Shown here in pieces: positions 47,200 through 57,587 of a DNA stretch of 64,000 nucleotides (the first letter of the stretch is position 1; each line of letters begins with the position of its first letter). Position numbers and translations under genes: made by a program. Source of the DNA: Candidatus Limnocylindrales bacterium (GTDB lineage Bacteria; Desulfobacterota; Binatia; UBA1149; CAITLU01); assembly GCA_035626395.1 (NCBI GenBank), contig DASPNR010000013.1:89308-153307 (forward strand). The letters run 5' to 3'. Under the pieces are notes generated by a model. The model did not search any database. It was not told the origin of the DNA and was given only the letters and a program-made list of their open reading frames with translations.

Positions 47200-48371
47200 T
47201 CCCCTTCGTCGACCTGGCCTCGGATTTCGCGCTCGTCGAAAAGCAGGCGCGAAAGCGCATCGATGACGTGCTCGCTCGCCAGCTGTTCGTGCACGGGCCG
47301 CAGACCGCCGAGCTGGAGCGCGCCATCCAGGAGCTGACCGGCGCCCGCTTTGCCATCGCGTGCTCGTCGGGCAGCGATGCCCTCTACCTGGCGCTGCTCG
47401 CGCTCGGGATCGGGCCTGGCGATGCGGTGATCGTTCCCGCCTTCACGTTCTTCGCCAGCGCCGGCGCCGTCGTTCGCGCGGGCGCCCAGCCGGTCTTCTG
47501 CGACATCGATGACCGCACCTTCCTTGCCGGCGCCGCCCAAATGGCAGCCGCCGTGGATCGCCATTTCGACGGGTCGCTTCGTCACCGCCGCACGCGCGCA
47601 CGGCTGCGCGCGCTGCTGCCGGTGCATCTCTACGGGCGCATGACGGCAATGGACGAGTTGGTGTCGTATGCACGCGAGCGCGATCTGCGCGTGATCGAGG
47701 ATGCGGCGCAGGCCCTGGGCGCGCGGTCGGACGCGGGAGCGGCCGCGGCGGTCGGTGACGCCGGTTGTCTTTCGTTCTATCCGACCAAGAACCTGGGCGG
47801 CCCGGGCGACGGGGGCATGGTCGTGACCAATGACCAGACGCTGGCGCGCCGCCTCTCGCGCCTGCGCGTTCACGGCGCGGCGCCAGGCAGCTACGAGCAC
47901 GAGGACGCCGGAATCAACGCGCGCATGAATGAGCTGGTGGCCGCCGTTCTCAATGCCAAGCTTTCGCACCTGGCGGCCTGGAACGCGCGGCGGCAGGAGA
48001 TCGCCGCTCTGTATGAGCGGCATCTGGCACCGGCGGCCGCGGCCAACATCCTCATCCTGCCGCAGCCGGCCACGGGCAAGGAGCACGTCTGGCACCAGCT
48101 CACGGTGCGTGTGCCCTGCGGCCGCGATGCCGTGCAGGCGCGCCTGGAGCGCGAAGGGATCGCGACGCGGGTTTTTTATCCGCTTCCCCTCCATCTGCAG
48201 CCATGCCTGGCCGCCGAGGGCGGTGCACGCGGCGATCTGCCGGTCAGCGAGCGCATGGCTGAGCAGGTGCTGAGCCTGCCGATCTATCCGTCGCTTGCCG
48301 ACGAGGCGGTGGCGGCAGTCTGCGCCGGCCTGTCCGCTGCGTGCGGCGACGCTGCGCACGGGCAACGATGA
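47196..48371 (+). CDS. DegT/DnrJ/EryC1/StrS-family PLP aminotransferase
   Basis: TTG 47196 overlaps the cobB stop (TTGA) and gives LIPFVDL. SGSDALYLAL, EDAAQALG, SFYPTKNLGGPGDGG (PLP Lys). Confidence 0.85.
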   Translation: MIPFVDLASDFALVEKQARKRIDDVLARQLFVHGPQTAELERAIQELTGARFAIACSSGSDALYLALLALGIGPGDAVIVPAFTFFASAGAVVRAGAQPVFCDIDDRTFLAGAAQMAAAVDRHFDGSLRHRRTRARLRALLPVHLYGRMTAMDELVSYARERDLRVIEDAAQALGARSDAGAAAAVGDAGCLSFYPTKNLGGPGDGGMVVTNDQTLARRLSRLRVHGAAPGSYEHEDAGINARMNELVAAVLNAKLSHLAAWNARRQEIAALYERHLAPAAAANILILPQPATGKEHVWHQLTVRVPCGRDAVQARLEREGIATRVFYPLPLHLQPCLAAEGGARGDLPVSERMAEQVLSLPIYPSLADEAVAAVCAGLSAACGDAAHGQR

Positions 48372-48498
48372 CCAACGTGCGTGCGCGAGCGCGGCGTTGC
48401 CCGAAGGCAGCGTGGACGATGGCCGCAACGCGGCGCCGTCGCCGCGCGCTCGTCCCCGCAGCGACGGTGCCGAGGCGCGCGTCGCGGGGCCTGCCGCG

Positions 48499-49284
48499 AT
48501 GAAGAGGCCACCGTTCGTTCTTGCCATCGGCGGCCTCGATCCGAGCTGCGGCGCCGGCATCGTGGCCGACGCGCGCACGCTCGAGCGGCTCGAAGTCATG
48601 CCGCTCGCCGTCGCCACCGCGGTGACCGTGCAATCGGGAGGCGGCGTGCGAGCCACGCACCCGGTTCCCGTTCCGCAAGTGACGGCACAGCTGCGCGAGC
48701 TTCTGCGCGCCTTTCCCGCATCGGCAATCAAGATCGGCCAGGTGCCGTCGGCGGCTTGCGCCGCCGCGCTGGCCGCTACGCTGCGCCCGCTGACTGCGCG
48801 AGTGCCGCTGGTGCTCGATCCTGTCTTGCGTGCTTCGGGCGGCGGCGAGCTGGCTGGGCCCGCGGCGGCGCGCGCCATCCTTGCGCGGCTCCTGCCGCTG
48901 GCGGCGGTGGTGACGGTCAACCTCGACGAGGCGGCCGTGCTGACCGGTATGGCGGTGCGCGACGTGGACGGGATGTCGGCCGCGGCGCGCCGCCTCTCGT
49001 CGCGGACGACCGGAGCCATCGTCATCAAGGGCGGGCACCTGCGCGGCCAGCCTCTCGACATGCTGTTGCACGAAGGCTGCGAGCGGATTTTTCGCGGCAC
49101 GCGGCTGCGCGGTTCGATGCACGGGACCGGGTGCGCATTCGCCAGCGCGATGGCGGCGGCGCTGGCGCGCGGCATGAGCGTCGAAGCCGCACTGGTCGGC
49201 GCGAGAAAGCACGTGCGCGAATTGCTGACGCACGCCGTCACTGCCGGCGGCGCACGATTGCGCGCGCCCCGCCGCGTTCGTTGA
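48499..49284 (+). CDS. thiD: Hydroxymethylpyrimidine/phosphomethylpyrimidine kinase
   Basis: Internal ATG 48499 (MKRPPFVLAIGGLDPSCGAGIVAD), IKIG, VLDPV, GTGCAFASAMAA. Confidence 0.85.
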   Translation: MKRPPFVLAIGGLDPSCGAGIVADARTLERLEVMPLAVATAVTVQSGGGVRATHPVPVPQVTAQLRELLRAFPASAIKIGQVPSAACAAALAATLRPLTARVPLVLDPVLRASGGGELAGPAAARAILARLLPLAAVVTVNLDEAAVLTGMAVRDVDGMSAAARRLSSRTTGAIVIKGGHLRGQPLDMLLHEGCERIFRGTRLRGSMHGTGCAFASAMAAALARGMSVEAALVGARKHVRELLTHAVTAGGARLRAPRRVR

Positions 49285-49463
49285 GATTGGCGTGTGGGCA
49301 CTGATATAGGTGCGTCATCAAAGACGCACCGCCCACCTCCCTGTCCGACAAGGCCGCGGCCGCTTCCGAGCGCCATCGCGGCACGCGCCGTCATCTGCGG
49401 CTTCTCGAAGAGCTGACGCTGTTTCTCGGACGCACGCCCGATTCCCAGGAAGCGCTCGAGGGT

Positions 49464-51746
49464 GTGGTACGCATGCTCGCCAGCGCCTTCGATTGCGAAG
49501 TCTGCTCGCTCTACAGCTTCGATCCAGGGACCGAAATCCTCAGCCTTGCAGCAACGCACGGCCTGCCCTCACGCAGCATCGGCCGCGTGACCATGAGCAA
49601 GAACGAAGGCCTGGTCGGTCTCGTGGTCGAGCAGCAGTCGCCGGTCGTCGTCGTGGATGCGCTGACGCATCCGCGCTTCAAGTTCTTCCCGGAAACGGGA
49701 GAAGAGAAGTACCACTCCTTCCTCGGCGTGCCGGTGGGCGAAGGCCTCGGCACGATCGGCGTGCTCGTCCTGCAGAGCCGGCGCCGCCGCCGCTTCACCA
49801 ACGAAGAGATCATGCTGGCGCGCTCGGTCGCGGGTCAGGCGCGCGCGCTGATGGTGAACGCGCACCTGTCCGAGCGCCTGCAGCACCAGGAAGAGGAGCG
49901 CGAGCGTTACCGGCGCGAGATGCAGAAGGCGATCCAGCGCCTGGAGGCGTTCGAGATCGGCAAGCGTCGCATCGACCGCCATCTCGACAGCGGCGGCGTG
50001 CTGCATCTGTCGGGCCTGGGTGCGTCGCCGGGATTCGGCATCGGACGCGCACACCGACTGGAGAAGCCCGTCGAGATCGAACGCATCGAGCTCAAGCCCG
50101 GACGCGGATACGAAAGCGAGCGCAGCCGCTTCGAAGCCGCGCTGGCCGAGGCCATCAAGGAAGTGGACGAGGCGCGCGAGCGCATGGGCGAGCTGGTGCC
50201 GGAGGTTGGCGGCGCCATGTTCGAAGCGCTGCGGATGATGATCGAGGACCGCTCCTTCACCAGCCGCATTCACGAGGAGATGGAGAAGGGCCTCTGCGCC
50301 GAAAGCGCGGTGCGCGTGGTGGTGCTCGACTACGTGCAGCGCTTCAGCACGATGAGCGACGACTACCTGCGCGAGCGCGTCTCCGACGTTCGCGAAACCG
50401 GGCAGCGCATCCTGCACCACCTGCTCGGCGTGGACGCACCGGTCCCCGAGGTGCGCGAGCACGCGGTGCTGGTGGCCTCCGAGCTCACCATCACCGATCT
50501 GGCGGCGATCGATCATTCCAAGCTCGAAGGCATCGTCACCTCGGCCGGCGGCGTCACCTCGCACGCCGCCATTCTCGCGAAGTCGCTCGGCATCCCGACC
50601 GTGGTCGGCGCGGCCGGCGTCTACGAGGCCGCGCGCGAGGGTTACGAAGTCATCGTCGACGGCAACTCGGGCACGGTCTACGTGCGCCCGGGCGCCGACG
50701 TCATCGCCGAATACCGCCGTCTGGACACCGAGTATCGCGAATTCCAGCGAGGGCTCGCCCATCTTCGCGACCTGCCGGCCGAGACCCTCGACGGTCACCG
50801 CGTAAGCCTGCTCGCCAACGTCGGATTGATCAGCGAGCTCGATCTGGTCGAGCGCTTCGGCGCCGAGGGCATCGGCCTTTATCGCACCGAGTTTCCGTTC
50901 CTTTCGTACCGCGATTTTCCGACGGAGGAGGAGCAGCTGCGGCTCTACAAGCGCGTGATGACGCGCATGCGCGGCCGCCCTGTCACCATTCGCACGCTCG
51001 ATCTCGGGGCGGACAAGTATCCGCTGTTCGCGCAGCAGACGCGCGAGGGCAACCCCTTTCTCGGCCTGCGCTCGATTCGCGTTTCGCTCGAATCGGAAGA
51101 CACGTTCCTCGATCAGCTTCGCGCCATCCTTCGGGCCGCCAGCGAGTTTCCCGTTCGCATCCTGTTCCCGATGATCACGAGCGTCGAGGAGCTGCGGCGC
51201 GTGCGCGAGCTCTACGCGGAGTGCCTCTCCGACCTGTCGCAGAACGGTTTTGTGCCCGCGCCAGGCATCGAGCTGGGAGCGATGATTGAGGTGCCGGCGG
51301 CCGTCTTGCGCGCGCCCGAGATCCTGCGCGAGGTCGACTTCGTCTCCATCGGCACCAACGACCTGATCCAGTACACGCTGGCGGTGGACCGCGACAATCT
51401 GAAGGTCGCCTCGATGTACGAGCCGCTGCATCCGGCCGTGCTGCAGTCGATCCGCATCGTGGTAGACGCCGCGCGCGAGGCGGGCCGCCGCGTCGGCATG
51501 TGCGGCGAGATGGCGGGCAACCCGCTGTGCACGCTGCTGCTGGTGGGAATGGGGCTGGACGAGCTGAGCATGGGGTCGCTCTACATTCCGGTGGTCAAGC
51601 AGATCATCCGCAGCGCGCGCTACGATGACGCGCAGCGCATCGCCCAGGACGTCCTGCGCTGCGACACGGTCGAGGAAGTCAAAGGCTACGTCTTTTCCGC
51701 CCTGCGGGAGCGCGGGCTCATCGAGCTGGTCGAGACGTTCACCTGA
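49464..51746 (+). CDS. ptsP: Phosphoenolpyruvate-protein phosphotransferase PtsP (GAF + Enzyme I); the true start is probably upstream of 49464
   Basis: GAF region (CEVCSLYSFD...GVLVLQS). EI motifs are GGVTSHAAILAKSLGIPTVVG (active His), GLYRTEF and IGTNDLIQYTLAVDR. Confidence 0.9.
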   Translation: MVRMLASAFDCEVCSLYSFDPGTEILSLAATHGLPSRSIGRVTMSKNEGLVGLVVEQQSPVVVVDALTHPRFKFFPETGEEKYHSFLGVPVGEGLGTIGVLVLQSRRRRRFTNEEIMLARSVAGQARALMVNAHLSERLQHQEEERERYRREMQKAIQRLEAFEIGKRRIDRHLDSGGVLHLSGLGASPGFGIGRAHRLEKPVEIERIELKPGRGYESERSRFEAALAEAIKEVDEARERMGELVPEVGGAMFEALRMMIEDRSFTSRIHEEMEKGLCAESAVRVVVLDYVQRFSTMSDDYLRERVSDVRETGQRILHHLLGVDAPVPEVREHAVLVASELTITDLAAIDHSKLEGIVTSAGGVTSHAAILAKSLGIPTVVGAAGVYEAAREGYEVIVDGNSGTVYVRPGADVIAEYRRLDTEYREFQRGLAHLRDLPAETLDGHRVSLLANVGLISELDLVERFGAEGIGLYRTEFPFLSYRDFPTEEEQLRLYKRVMTRMRGRPVTIRTLDLGADKYPLFAQQTREGNPFLGLRSIRVSLESEDTFLDQLRAILRAASEFPVRILFPMITSVEELRRVRELYAECLSDLSQNGFVPAPGIELGAMIEVPAAVLRAPEILREVDFVSIGTNDLIQYTLAVDRDNLKVASMYEPLHPAVLQSIRIVVDAAREAGRRVGMCGEMAGNPLCTLLLVGMGLDELSMGSLYIPVVKQIIRSARYDDAQRIAQDVLRCDTVEEVKGYVFSALRERGLIELVETFT

Positions 51747-51866
51747 TCCCCTGCCCGAGTGAAGCCCGGATCGATCGCCCGTCGGCGCCTCGGGCGCGGC
51801 CGGTTCGAATCGACTCCGGGCCGGAAGAGAAGCTGCGCTGACGGAATACGCGCAGGCGGGGCAGCG

Positions 51867-52673
51867 TTAGGTCGGCGTGCCGCCGGTGTGCGCCTGAAGC
51901 CATTCGATGACCGCATCGACCGCACGCGGGTCGAGCAGCATGTTCTTGCCGCCTCCTGACTTCTCCACCGGCGCGAGCAGCGTCGGTTCGGCGGCGGGAA
52001 TCGTCACCAGCTTGGTTTCGAGCTTCTTGTCCTTGAAGTTGTCGCGCGCATCGGCCGGAAAGCGGCCGCGCTGGTAGAGGTCGTCGGGCAGCTTGTCGGA
52101 GACGACGATCAGCGTGGGCGCATCCACCTGCACGATGTCGGTCTCTCCGACCATGTTCGAGAACAGGATGACGCCTGCCGGCGGCTTCACCTGCGCATAG
52201 CGCGAGTAGATTCCCACGATCGTGTCGGTGCCCCAGGCGTGGCCGAACAGGAAGACCTTGTCCGGATCCACCTTGGCGTGCTCGACCGCGTGCGTGTACG
52301 CCTCCAGCGCATTGGAGCGGACGGTGGCATAGCGGCCCGGGCTGCTGCGACCGGTGCCGGGAGAGTCGAAGCGAAAGACGGCGAAGCCCGCGGCGACCAG
52401 CCGCTTGGCGAGCTGCGCGTAGATGCCGGTGTCGAGGTCGGCGCCGTAGCCCGGGGGCAGGCCGTGTCGGTCCAGCGCCTCCGATGCCGGGATCAGCACC
52501 ACCAGCGGCGCGGGCGTTCGCGCGGGAAATTCCCACTGCGCTGCCACGGTGGCATCGACGCTCTTGAACGTCGTCTCGACGACCTCACCGCGAGCGGTTG
52601 GGTCGGCGATGGTGACGGCTTGGGCGGTACGCGCAGGATGGAGCGAAGCTGCCGCGGCCAGGGCGAGAACCAT
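51867..52673 (-). CDS. Secreted alpha/beta hydrolase-like protein
   Basis: ATG 52673 (MVLALAAAASLHPARTAQA); an alternative TTG at 52733 adds an n-region. LVVLIPAS, FRFDSPGTGRS, and the elbow-like FLFGHAWGT (His-Ala-Trp in place of the classic GxSxG). Confidence 0.65.
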   Translation of the reverse strand: MVLALAAAASLHPARTAQAVTIADPTARGEVVETTFKSVDATVAAQWEFPARTPAPLVVLIPASEALDRHGLPPGYGADLDTGIYAQLAKRLVAAGFAVFRFDSPGTGRSSPGRYATVRSNALEAYTHAVEHAKVDPDKVFLFGHAWGTDTIVGIYSRYAQVKPPAGVILFSNMVGETDIVQVDAPTLIVVSDKLPDDLYQRGRFPADARDNFKDKKLETKLVTIPAAEPTLLAPVEKSGGGKNMLLDPRAVDAVIEWLQAHTGGTPT

Positions 52674-52744
52674 GACGACGCGTCTTCCGGCGAGGAGATG
52701 ACGGCCGGCGCCGGCCTTGTTCGTGGTGACCAAGCGAGCGCCGC

Positions 52745-53401
52745 TCAGAGGGGTTTCTTGGCGAAGTACCAGTCGGTGACTTCGAACTGCGGATCCCTGG
52801 CGCGATCCTCGGCGCCCTTGGCCGTCAGCGGCGGCGGCTGGATGACCTTGTCGCCAGGCCTCCATCCCTCGGGCGTCGCCACGCCGTGCTGCGTGGAGGT
52901 CTGCAGCGAGTTCACCAGGCGAAAGATCTCGTCGACGCTGCGGCCGTTGGTGAGAGGGTAGTAGACCATCGCCCGCAGGTTCTGGTCGGGATCGATCACG
53001 AAGACGCAGCGGACGGTCGCCGTGGAGGACGCGCCGGGATGAACCATGCCGTAAAGCTGCGCCACCTTCATGTCGAGGTCGGCGATCATGGGATAGCGGA
53101 TCTCGATGCCGAATTTGTCCTTGATGTTCCGAGTCCAGGCGATGTGCGCGTAGATGCTGTCGATGGACAGGCCGATGAGCTGGACGCCGAGCTTCTCGAA
53201 ATCGTCCTGCCGCCGCGCGAACTCCATGAGCTCGGTGGTGCACACGGGCGTGAAGTCGGCGGGGTGGGAGAACAGCACCACCCATTTCCCCTTGTAGTCG
53301 GAGAGCTTGATCGGACCGTGCGTGGAGACCGCTTCGAACTGCGGTGCCGGCTCCAGGAGCCGCGGCAGCGAAGGTTTGGGAGCGGCTTGGGCTTCGGTCA
53401 T
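52745..53401 (-). CDS. 1-Cys peroxiredoxin (Prx6-like)
   Basis: Internal ATG 53401 (MTEAQAAPKP). WVVLFSHPADFTPVCTTE, and a C-terminal extension typical of the Prx6 type. Confidence 0.9.
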   Translation of the reverse strand: MTEAQAAPKPSLPRLLEPAPQFEAVSTHGPIKLSDYKGKWVVLFSHPADFTPVCTTELMEFARRQDDFEKLGVQLIGLSIDSIYAHIAWTRNIKDKFGIEIRYPMIADLDMKVAQLYGMVHPGASSTATVRCVFVIDPDQNLRAMVYYPLTNGRSVDEIFRLVNSLQTSTQHGVATPEGWRPGDKVIQPPPLTAKGAEDRARDPQFEVTDWYFAKKPL

Positions 53402-54230
53402 GGGAGCAACCTCCGAACGTTCTTGCGCAGCCGAAGGCGCGCCGAGGGTGAGTTTCCGCGGAGGGGCAGGGTTGTCAAACAGGAGGCACGAGCATGCGAA
53501 AGACCGGTTCCTCCTGCCGTTCGAGCTCATGGCGCGCCCCTCGAGCTGGCGCTCGTCGTGTCATTCCACCTCCCGCGTCAACCGACATGGGCATCGAACG
53601 CAGCGCCGGACGCCGAACACTGACGTTCCAGAACACCGCCCGCTACGAATCCGCCAGCGCCTTCTCGAGCTTTCCGGCCTCGGTCTTGGCCCGTTGCTGC
53701 CCGCCGTGCGAGCGGCAGTAGGCGATCACGATCGGTGTCAGCGTACCGCGGGAACGGACGACGGCGAAGGCCTCAGGCGATCTGCAGCACCGGCTTCGGA
53801 AGCCGTTTTCGAGCGCCGGAATCTGCACGACCTGGCAACGGAAGCAGCTGCCTTCTCTGACTACAGTTCCAACCATTCTTCGCCACGATGCATGCGAAGG
53901 GTAGCGCGGCGGGTGGATGGTGCCAGGGATGCTTGTGCGGCGTCCTGTGCGATGCACACGCTCTTGGTTGGACGAATGACGGATCGATAGCGCATATCGA
54001 CGCAGTCGCAGCCGGCATCACCGGTATCGGACGCGGACTTGTCACAGGCAGATTCGAGCCGTTGTCGTTCCATGAGACCGGATCCCGGCCAGCCACGTTC
54101 CGCTCTGGTCTGGCGTCCGGGAGCGAAACCGGCTGCCCGCAGGCGCAACCATGCGGCCGCCGGGACTGCCGGCCACCCCTAGCGCGGTGGCGAGACGCGG
54201 AAGCCGCGACCCGGTGCCAGAACGGATCGG

Positions 54231-57200
54231 GTGCGAGAGCGCGAATTTGCGCTGGCGGTGCGTTTTTTTCGTCGTTCCAGTCGCGACTATGGGGTGCGCC
54301 CTGTGATAGGGGTCTGTCGCGTGAAAAGGGCTGCTTCTTCGAATGCCCGGCGTCATCCCGCCTCGCCCGTCGGGCACGGCGGGATCCCCGCCGTTTTGCT
54401 CGCCCGCTGGCAGACGTTCCTCGATGAGCTGGCGGAGTTGCTGCAGGTGCCCTCCGTTTTGATTCGCGCCGCCGAAGCGAGCGAAATCGTCGTCCTGGTA
54501 TCCAGCCTGTCCGCGGGAAATCCCTATCGGGCTGGCGCAAGCTGGCGGCGTGGGCGCGACATCTACTGCGAGGCGGCCGTGCAGACCTCCGATGCGGTCC
54601 ACATCGCGGACGCCCGCGAGCACCCGCAATGGAAGAACAGCCCCGATGCGCGTGCAGGTCTCATCGCCTATCTCGGCGTGAACGTCCGGTGGCCCGACGG
54701 AGCCGTCCTCGGCACGATCTGCGTGCTCGACAGCAAGCCCAACGTATTCGGCGAAACCGAGCGCCGGTTGCTGCTGCGGTTTCGCGACCTCTGCCAGCTC
54801 GATCTCGAGTCGCTCCAATCCGAGGGCAACGCCGATACACGATCGGGCCAATCCTGGTGTGAGTCCGGTACCTCCCTGCAGCCGCTGGCCGCACTCAGCC
54901 ATCAGTCCATGGCCGCACGCGAGGCGCTGGAGCGCTCGCGGCTGCACTATGAACAGCTCGTATCCTCGATCGATGGCATCGTCTGGGAAGCCGACGCCAG
55001 CACGTTCCAATTCACCTTCGTCAGCCAGCAGGCCGAGCGTCTGCTCGGTTATCCGCTGTCGCGCTGGCTCGATGAGCCGAACTTCTGGCGCGAGCACGTC
55101 CATCCAGCCGATCGCGAATGGGTCACCGATCTGTGCACAGGAGCTACGCGGGAATCGCGCTCGCACGATTTCGAGTATCGCATGATTGCAGCTGACGGCG
55201 GCGTCGTCTGGCTGCGCGACATCGTCAAGGTGGTCTCCGAGCATGGTCAGCCTTCCCGGCTGCGCGGCATCATGATCGACATCACCGAACGCAAGCACGC
55301 CGAGGAAGAGCGGCGACGTTCCGAGGAGCGCTACCGGACGCTGATCGAGAACGTCAACGACGTCGTCTTCGCGACCGACCGCTCGGGCAGGTTCACCTAC
55401 GTCAGCCCCGTCATCGAGCGCATCAGCGGCTATCGGGTGGAGGATCTGCTCGGCAAACCGTTGATCGAGATCGTCTACGCCGAAGACGCGGCTTATCTGG
55501 AGGAGGCGGCGCGGCGTACCATGGCAGGCCAGGCCGAGCCTCGTGAATTCCGGATTCAGGAGAAGGACGGACGAATCCGCTGGGTGCGCAGCTCGAGCAG
55601 GCCGCGCTACGAGAATGGCGAGCTGGTGGGAATGATCGGGATCGTCACCGACATCAACGATCGTAAGCGGGCCGAGGAAGCGGTCCAGGAGAGCGAGGCC
55701 CGGTACAGACAGCTCGTGGAGTTGTCACCCTATGGCATCGTCGTGCATGCGCGAGGCAAAGTGATGTTTGCCAACAATGCGGCCGCTCGGCTGATGGGCG
55801 CCGCAGACGCATCCGACCTGGTGGGACGGTCGATCATGGAAGTCGTCCGGCCCGAGCGCCGCCAGCAACTCGCCGAAAGGATCCGGACCATGCTCGAGAC
55901 CGGGACCCCGGCAGAGGCCCGTGAAGATCAGCTCCTGCGCTTGGACGGCGTTCCCATCGACGTGGAGACTACGGGCATGCCCATGATCTTCGGCGGCGAG
56001 CCGGCCGTCCAGGTGGTCATCCATGACATCACCGAGCGAAAGCGGACCGAGGACGCACTGCGAGCGAGCGAGGAGCGCTACCGCTATCTCGTCGAGAACG
56101 TCAACGATGTCGTCTATACCATGGATACGCTCGGCAACTTCACTTACGTCAGTCCAGCCATCAGTTCGGTTTCTTCGTACTCTGCCGACGAGGTGAAGAG
56201 CCTGGGCGTTGCACACTTCGTCCATCCTGACGATTTGCCGGCACTGGAACAGCATCGCGGCCGCAACTTGTTGGGCGAGGCTGGACAGATCGATTTCCGG
56301 GTCTTCGACAAGGCCGGCGATCTGCGCTGGATTCGCGCGTCCACCAGCCCACGCGTGGAAAACGGCCAGGTCGTCGGATTGAACGGCATCTTCAGCGACA
56401 TCACCGAGCGCAAGCTTACCGAGAATGCGTTGCACGAGAGCGAGGAGCGCTATCGCCAGCTCTTCGAGAACGCGCACGAAATCATCTACTGCCACGACCT
56501 TGCCGGCAATTTCGTCTCAATCAATCCGGCGGCCGAGGTGGCGCTTGGATACACCCAGACCGAAGTCGAAAGCATGAGTCTCGGTCAGATCATCGCGCCA
56601 AACAGCCGCGGCTATGTTGCCGACCTGATCGACCGCGTACTCAGCAAACGCGCGATCCCCGCCGCCGTCGAGGTGGAGGTCATCACCAAGCAAGGTGACA
56701 GCGTCCTGCTGGAAGCGAGCCCGCGCGTGGTCGAGCGCGACGGCGTTCCCATCGCGGTCCAGGGGATCGCGCGCGATGTCACCGAACGCAAGAGGGCCCA
56801 GAAGGAAATCCAGCGGCTCAATGAGCAACTCGAGGAGCGTGTTCGCGAGCGCACTGCCGAGTTGCGAGCCGCCAACAAGGAACTGGAGGCATTCAGTTAT
56901 TCGGTATCGCACGATTTGCGCGCGCCTTTACGCGTGATCGAAGGCTTCAGCCACGTGCTGCTCGAGGAGTACGGCCCTCTCGTCGATCAACAGGGGCAGT
57001 ACTACATGAGCCGGATCCAGGCGACGAGTACGCGAATGGGGCATCTCATCCGCGACCTGCTCGCGCTGGCCCGCGTCACGCGCAGCAGGATGGCCTGGAC
57101 GACGGTGGACTTGAGTGCGATCGGCCACGCAATTGCCGGCGAGCTCGCGAACTCGGACGCGCAGCGCGATGTCCAGTTCATCATCGAAAACGGTGTGTGC

Positions 57201-57587
57201 GTGGAAGGTGATGCCTCGCTTCTGCGGGTGGTGCTGGAAAACCTGTTTGAGAATGCGTGGAAATACACGAGCAGGCACGAACGCGCACGCATAGAGTTCG
57301 GCACACGCGACGCGGACGGCGAAACGATCTATTTCGTTCGCGACGACGGCGCCGGCTTCGACATGGAGCACGCGAGCAAGCTCTTCGGAGCCTTCGAGCG
57401 ACTGCATCCGGTAAGCGAATTCGAGGGGACCGGGATCGGACTTGCCACGGTTCAGCGCATCGTGGAGCGACACGGCGGACATGTTTGGGCGGAGGCCGAA
57501 CCCGAGAAAGGCGCGACGTTCTATTTCACATTGCTGCCCACCAGATCGGCGAGCGCGCGATCGAAACGGTTGGAACCCGGTAGCTGA
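54231..57587 (+). CDS. Sensor histidine kinase: GAF-like + 5 PAS + HisKA + HATPase_c (no adjacent response regulator)
   Basis: There are five PAS units, each ending in DITERK/DINDRK/DVTERK followed by an SEERYR linker. The H-box is AFSYSVSHDLRAPL. ATP-binding motifs are NLFENAWKY, YFVRDDGAGFD and GTGIGLATVQRI. The start is uncertain (GTG 54231 or GTG 54321). Confidence 0.9.
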   Translation: MREREFALAVRFFRRSSRDYGVRPVIGVCRVKRAASSNARRHPASPVGHGGIPAVLLARWQTFLDELAELLQVPSVLIRAAEASEIVVLVSSLSAGNPYRAGASWRRGRDIYCEAAVQTSDAVHIADAREHPQWKNSPDARAGLIAYLGVNVRWPDGAVLGTICVLDSKPNVFGETERRLLLRFRDLCQLDLESLQSEGNADTRSGQSWCESGTSLQPLAALSHQSMAAREALERSRLHYEQLVSSIDGIVWEADASTFQFTFVSQQAERLLGYPLSRWLDEPNFWREHVHPADREWVTDLCTGATRESRSHDFEYRMIAADGGVVWLRDIVKVVSEHGQPSRLRGIMIDITERKHAEEERRRSEERYRTLIENVNDVVFATDRSGRFTYVSPVIERISGYRVEDLLGKPLIEIVYAEDAAYLEEAARRTMAGQAEPREFRIQEKDGRIRWVRSSSRPRYENGELVGMIGIVTDINDRKRAEEAVQESEARYRQLVELSPYGIVVHARGKVMFANNAAARLMGAADASDLVGRSIMEVVRPERRQQLAERIRTMLETGTPAEAREDQLLRLDGVPIDVETTGMPMIFGGEPAVQVVIHDITERKRTEDALRASEERYRYLVENVNDVVYTMDTLGNFTYVSPAISSVSSYSADEVKSLGVAHFVHPDDLPALEQHRGRNLLGEAGQIDFRVFDKAGDLRWIRASTSPRVENGQVVGLNGIFSDITERKLTENALHESEERYRQLFENAHEIIYCHDLAGNFVSINPAAEVALGYTQTEVESMSLGQIIAPNSRGYVADLIDRVLSKRAIPAAVEVEVITKQGDSVLLEASPRVVERDGVPIAVQGIARDVTERKRAQKEIQRLNEQLEERVRERTAELRAANKELEAFSYSVSHDLRAPLRVIEGFSHVLLEEYGPLVDQQGQYYMSRIQATSTRMGHLIRDLLALARVTRSRMAWTTVDLSAIGHAIAGELANSDAQRDVQFIIENGVCVEGDASLLRVVLENLFENAWKYTSRHERARIEFGTRDADGETIYFVRDDGAGFDMEHASKLFGAFERLHPVSEFEGTGIGLATVQRIVERHGGHVWAEAEPEKGATFYFTLLPTRSASARSKRLEPGS

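Noticed and set aside
48372-48498. TPP riboswitch upstream of thiD
   Set aside because: The 128-nt spacer lacks the CUGAGA and ACCUGAUCUGGAUAAUGCCAGCG-type core elements.
46617-49559. 980-aa minus-strand ORF spanning cobB, the DegT-like gene and thiD
   Set aside because: It runs antisense across three well-supported genes and their junctions, and its composition is Arg/Ala/Ser/Pro-biased. It is a high-GC artefact.
51790-51832. GGCCGGTTCGAATCGACTCCGGGCC, which looks like a tRNA T-arm (GGTTCGAATC)
   Set aside because: The 3' side of the would-be T-stem (CGACT) does not pair with GCCGG. No acceptor, D or anticodon arms can be drawn. It is more likely a hairpin between the convergent ptsP and hydrolase genes.
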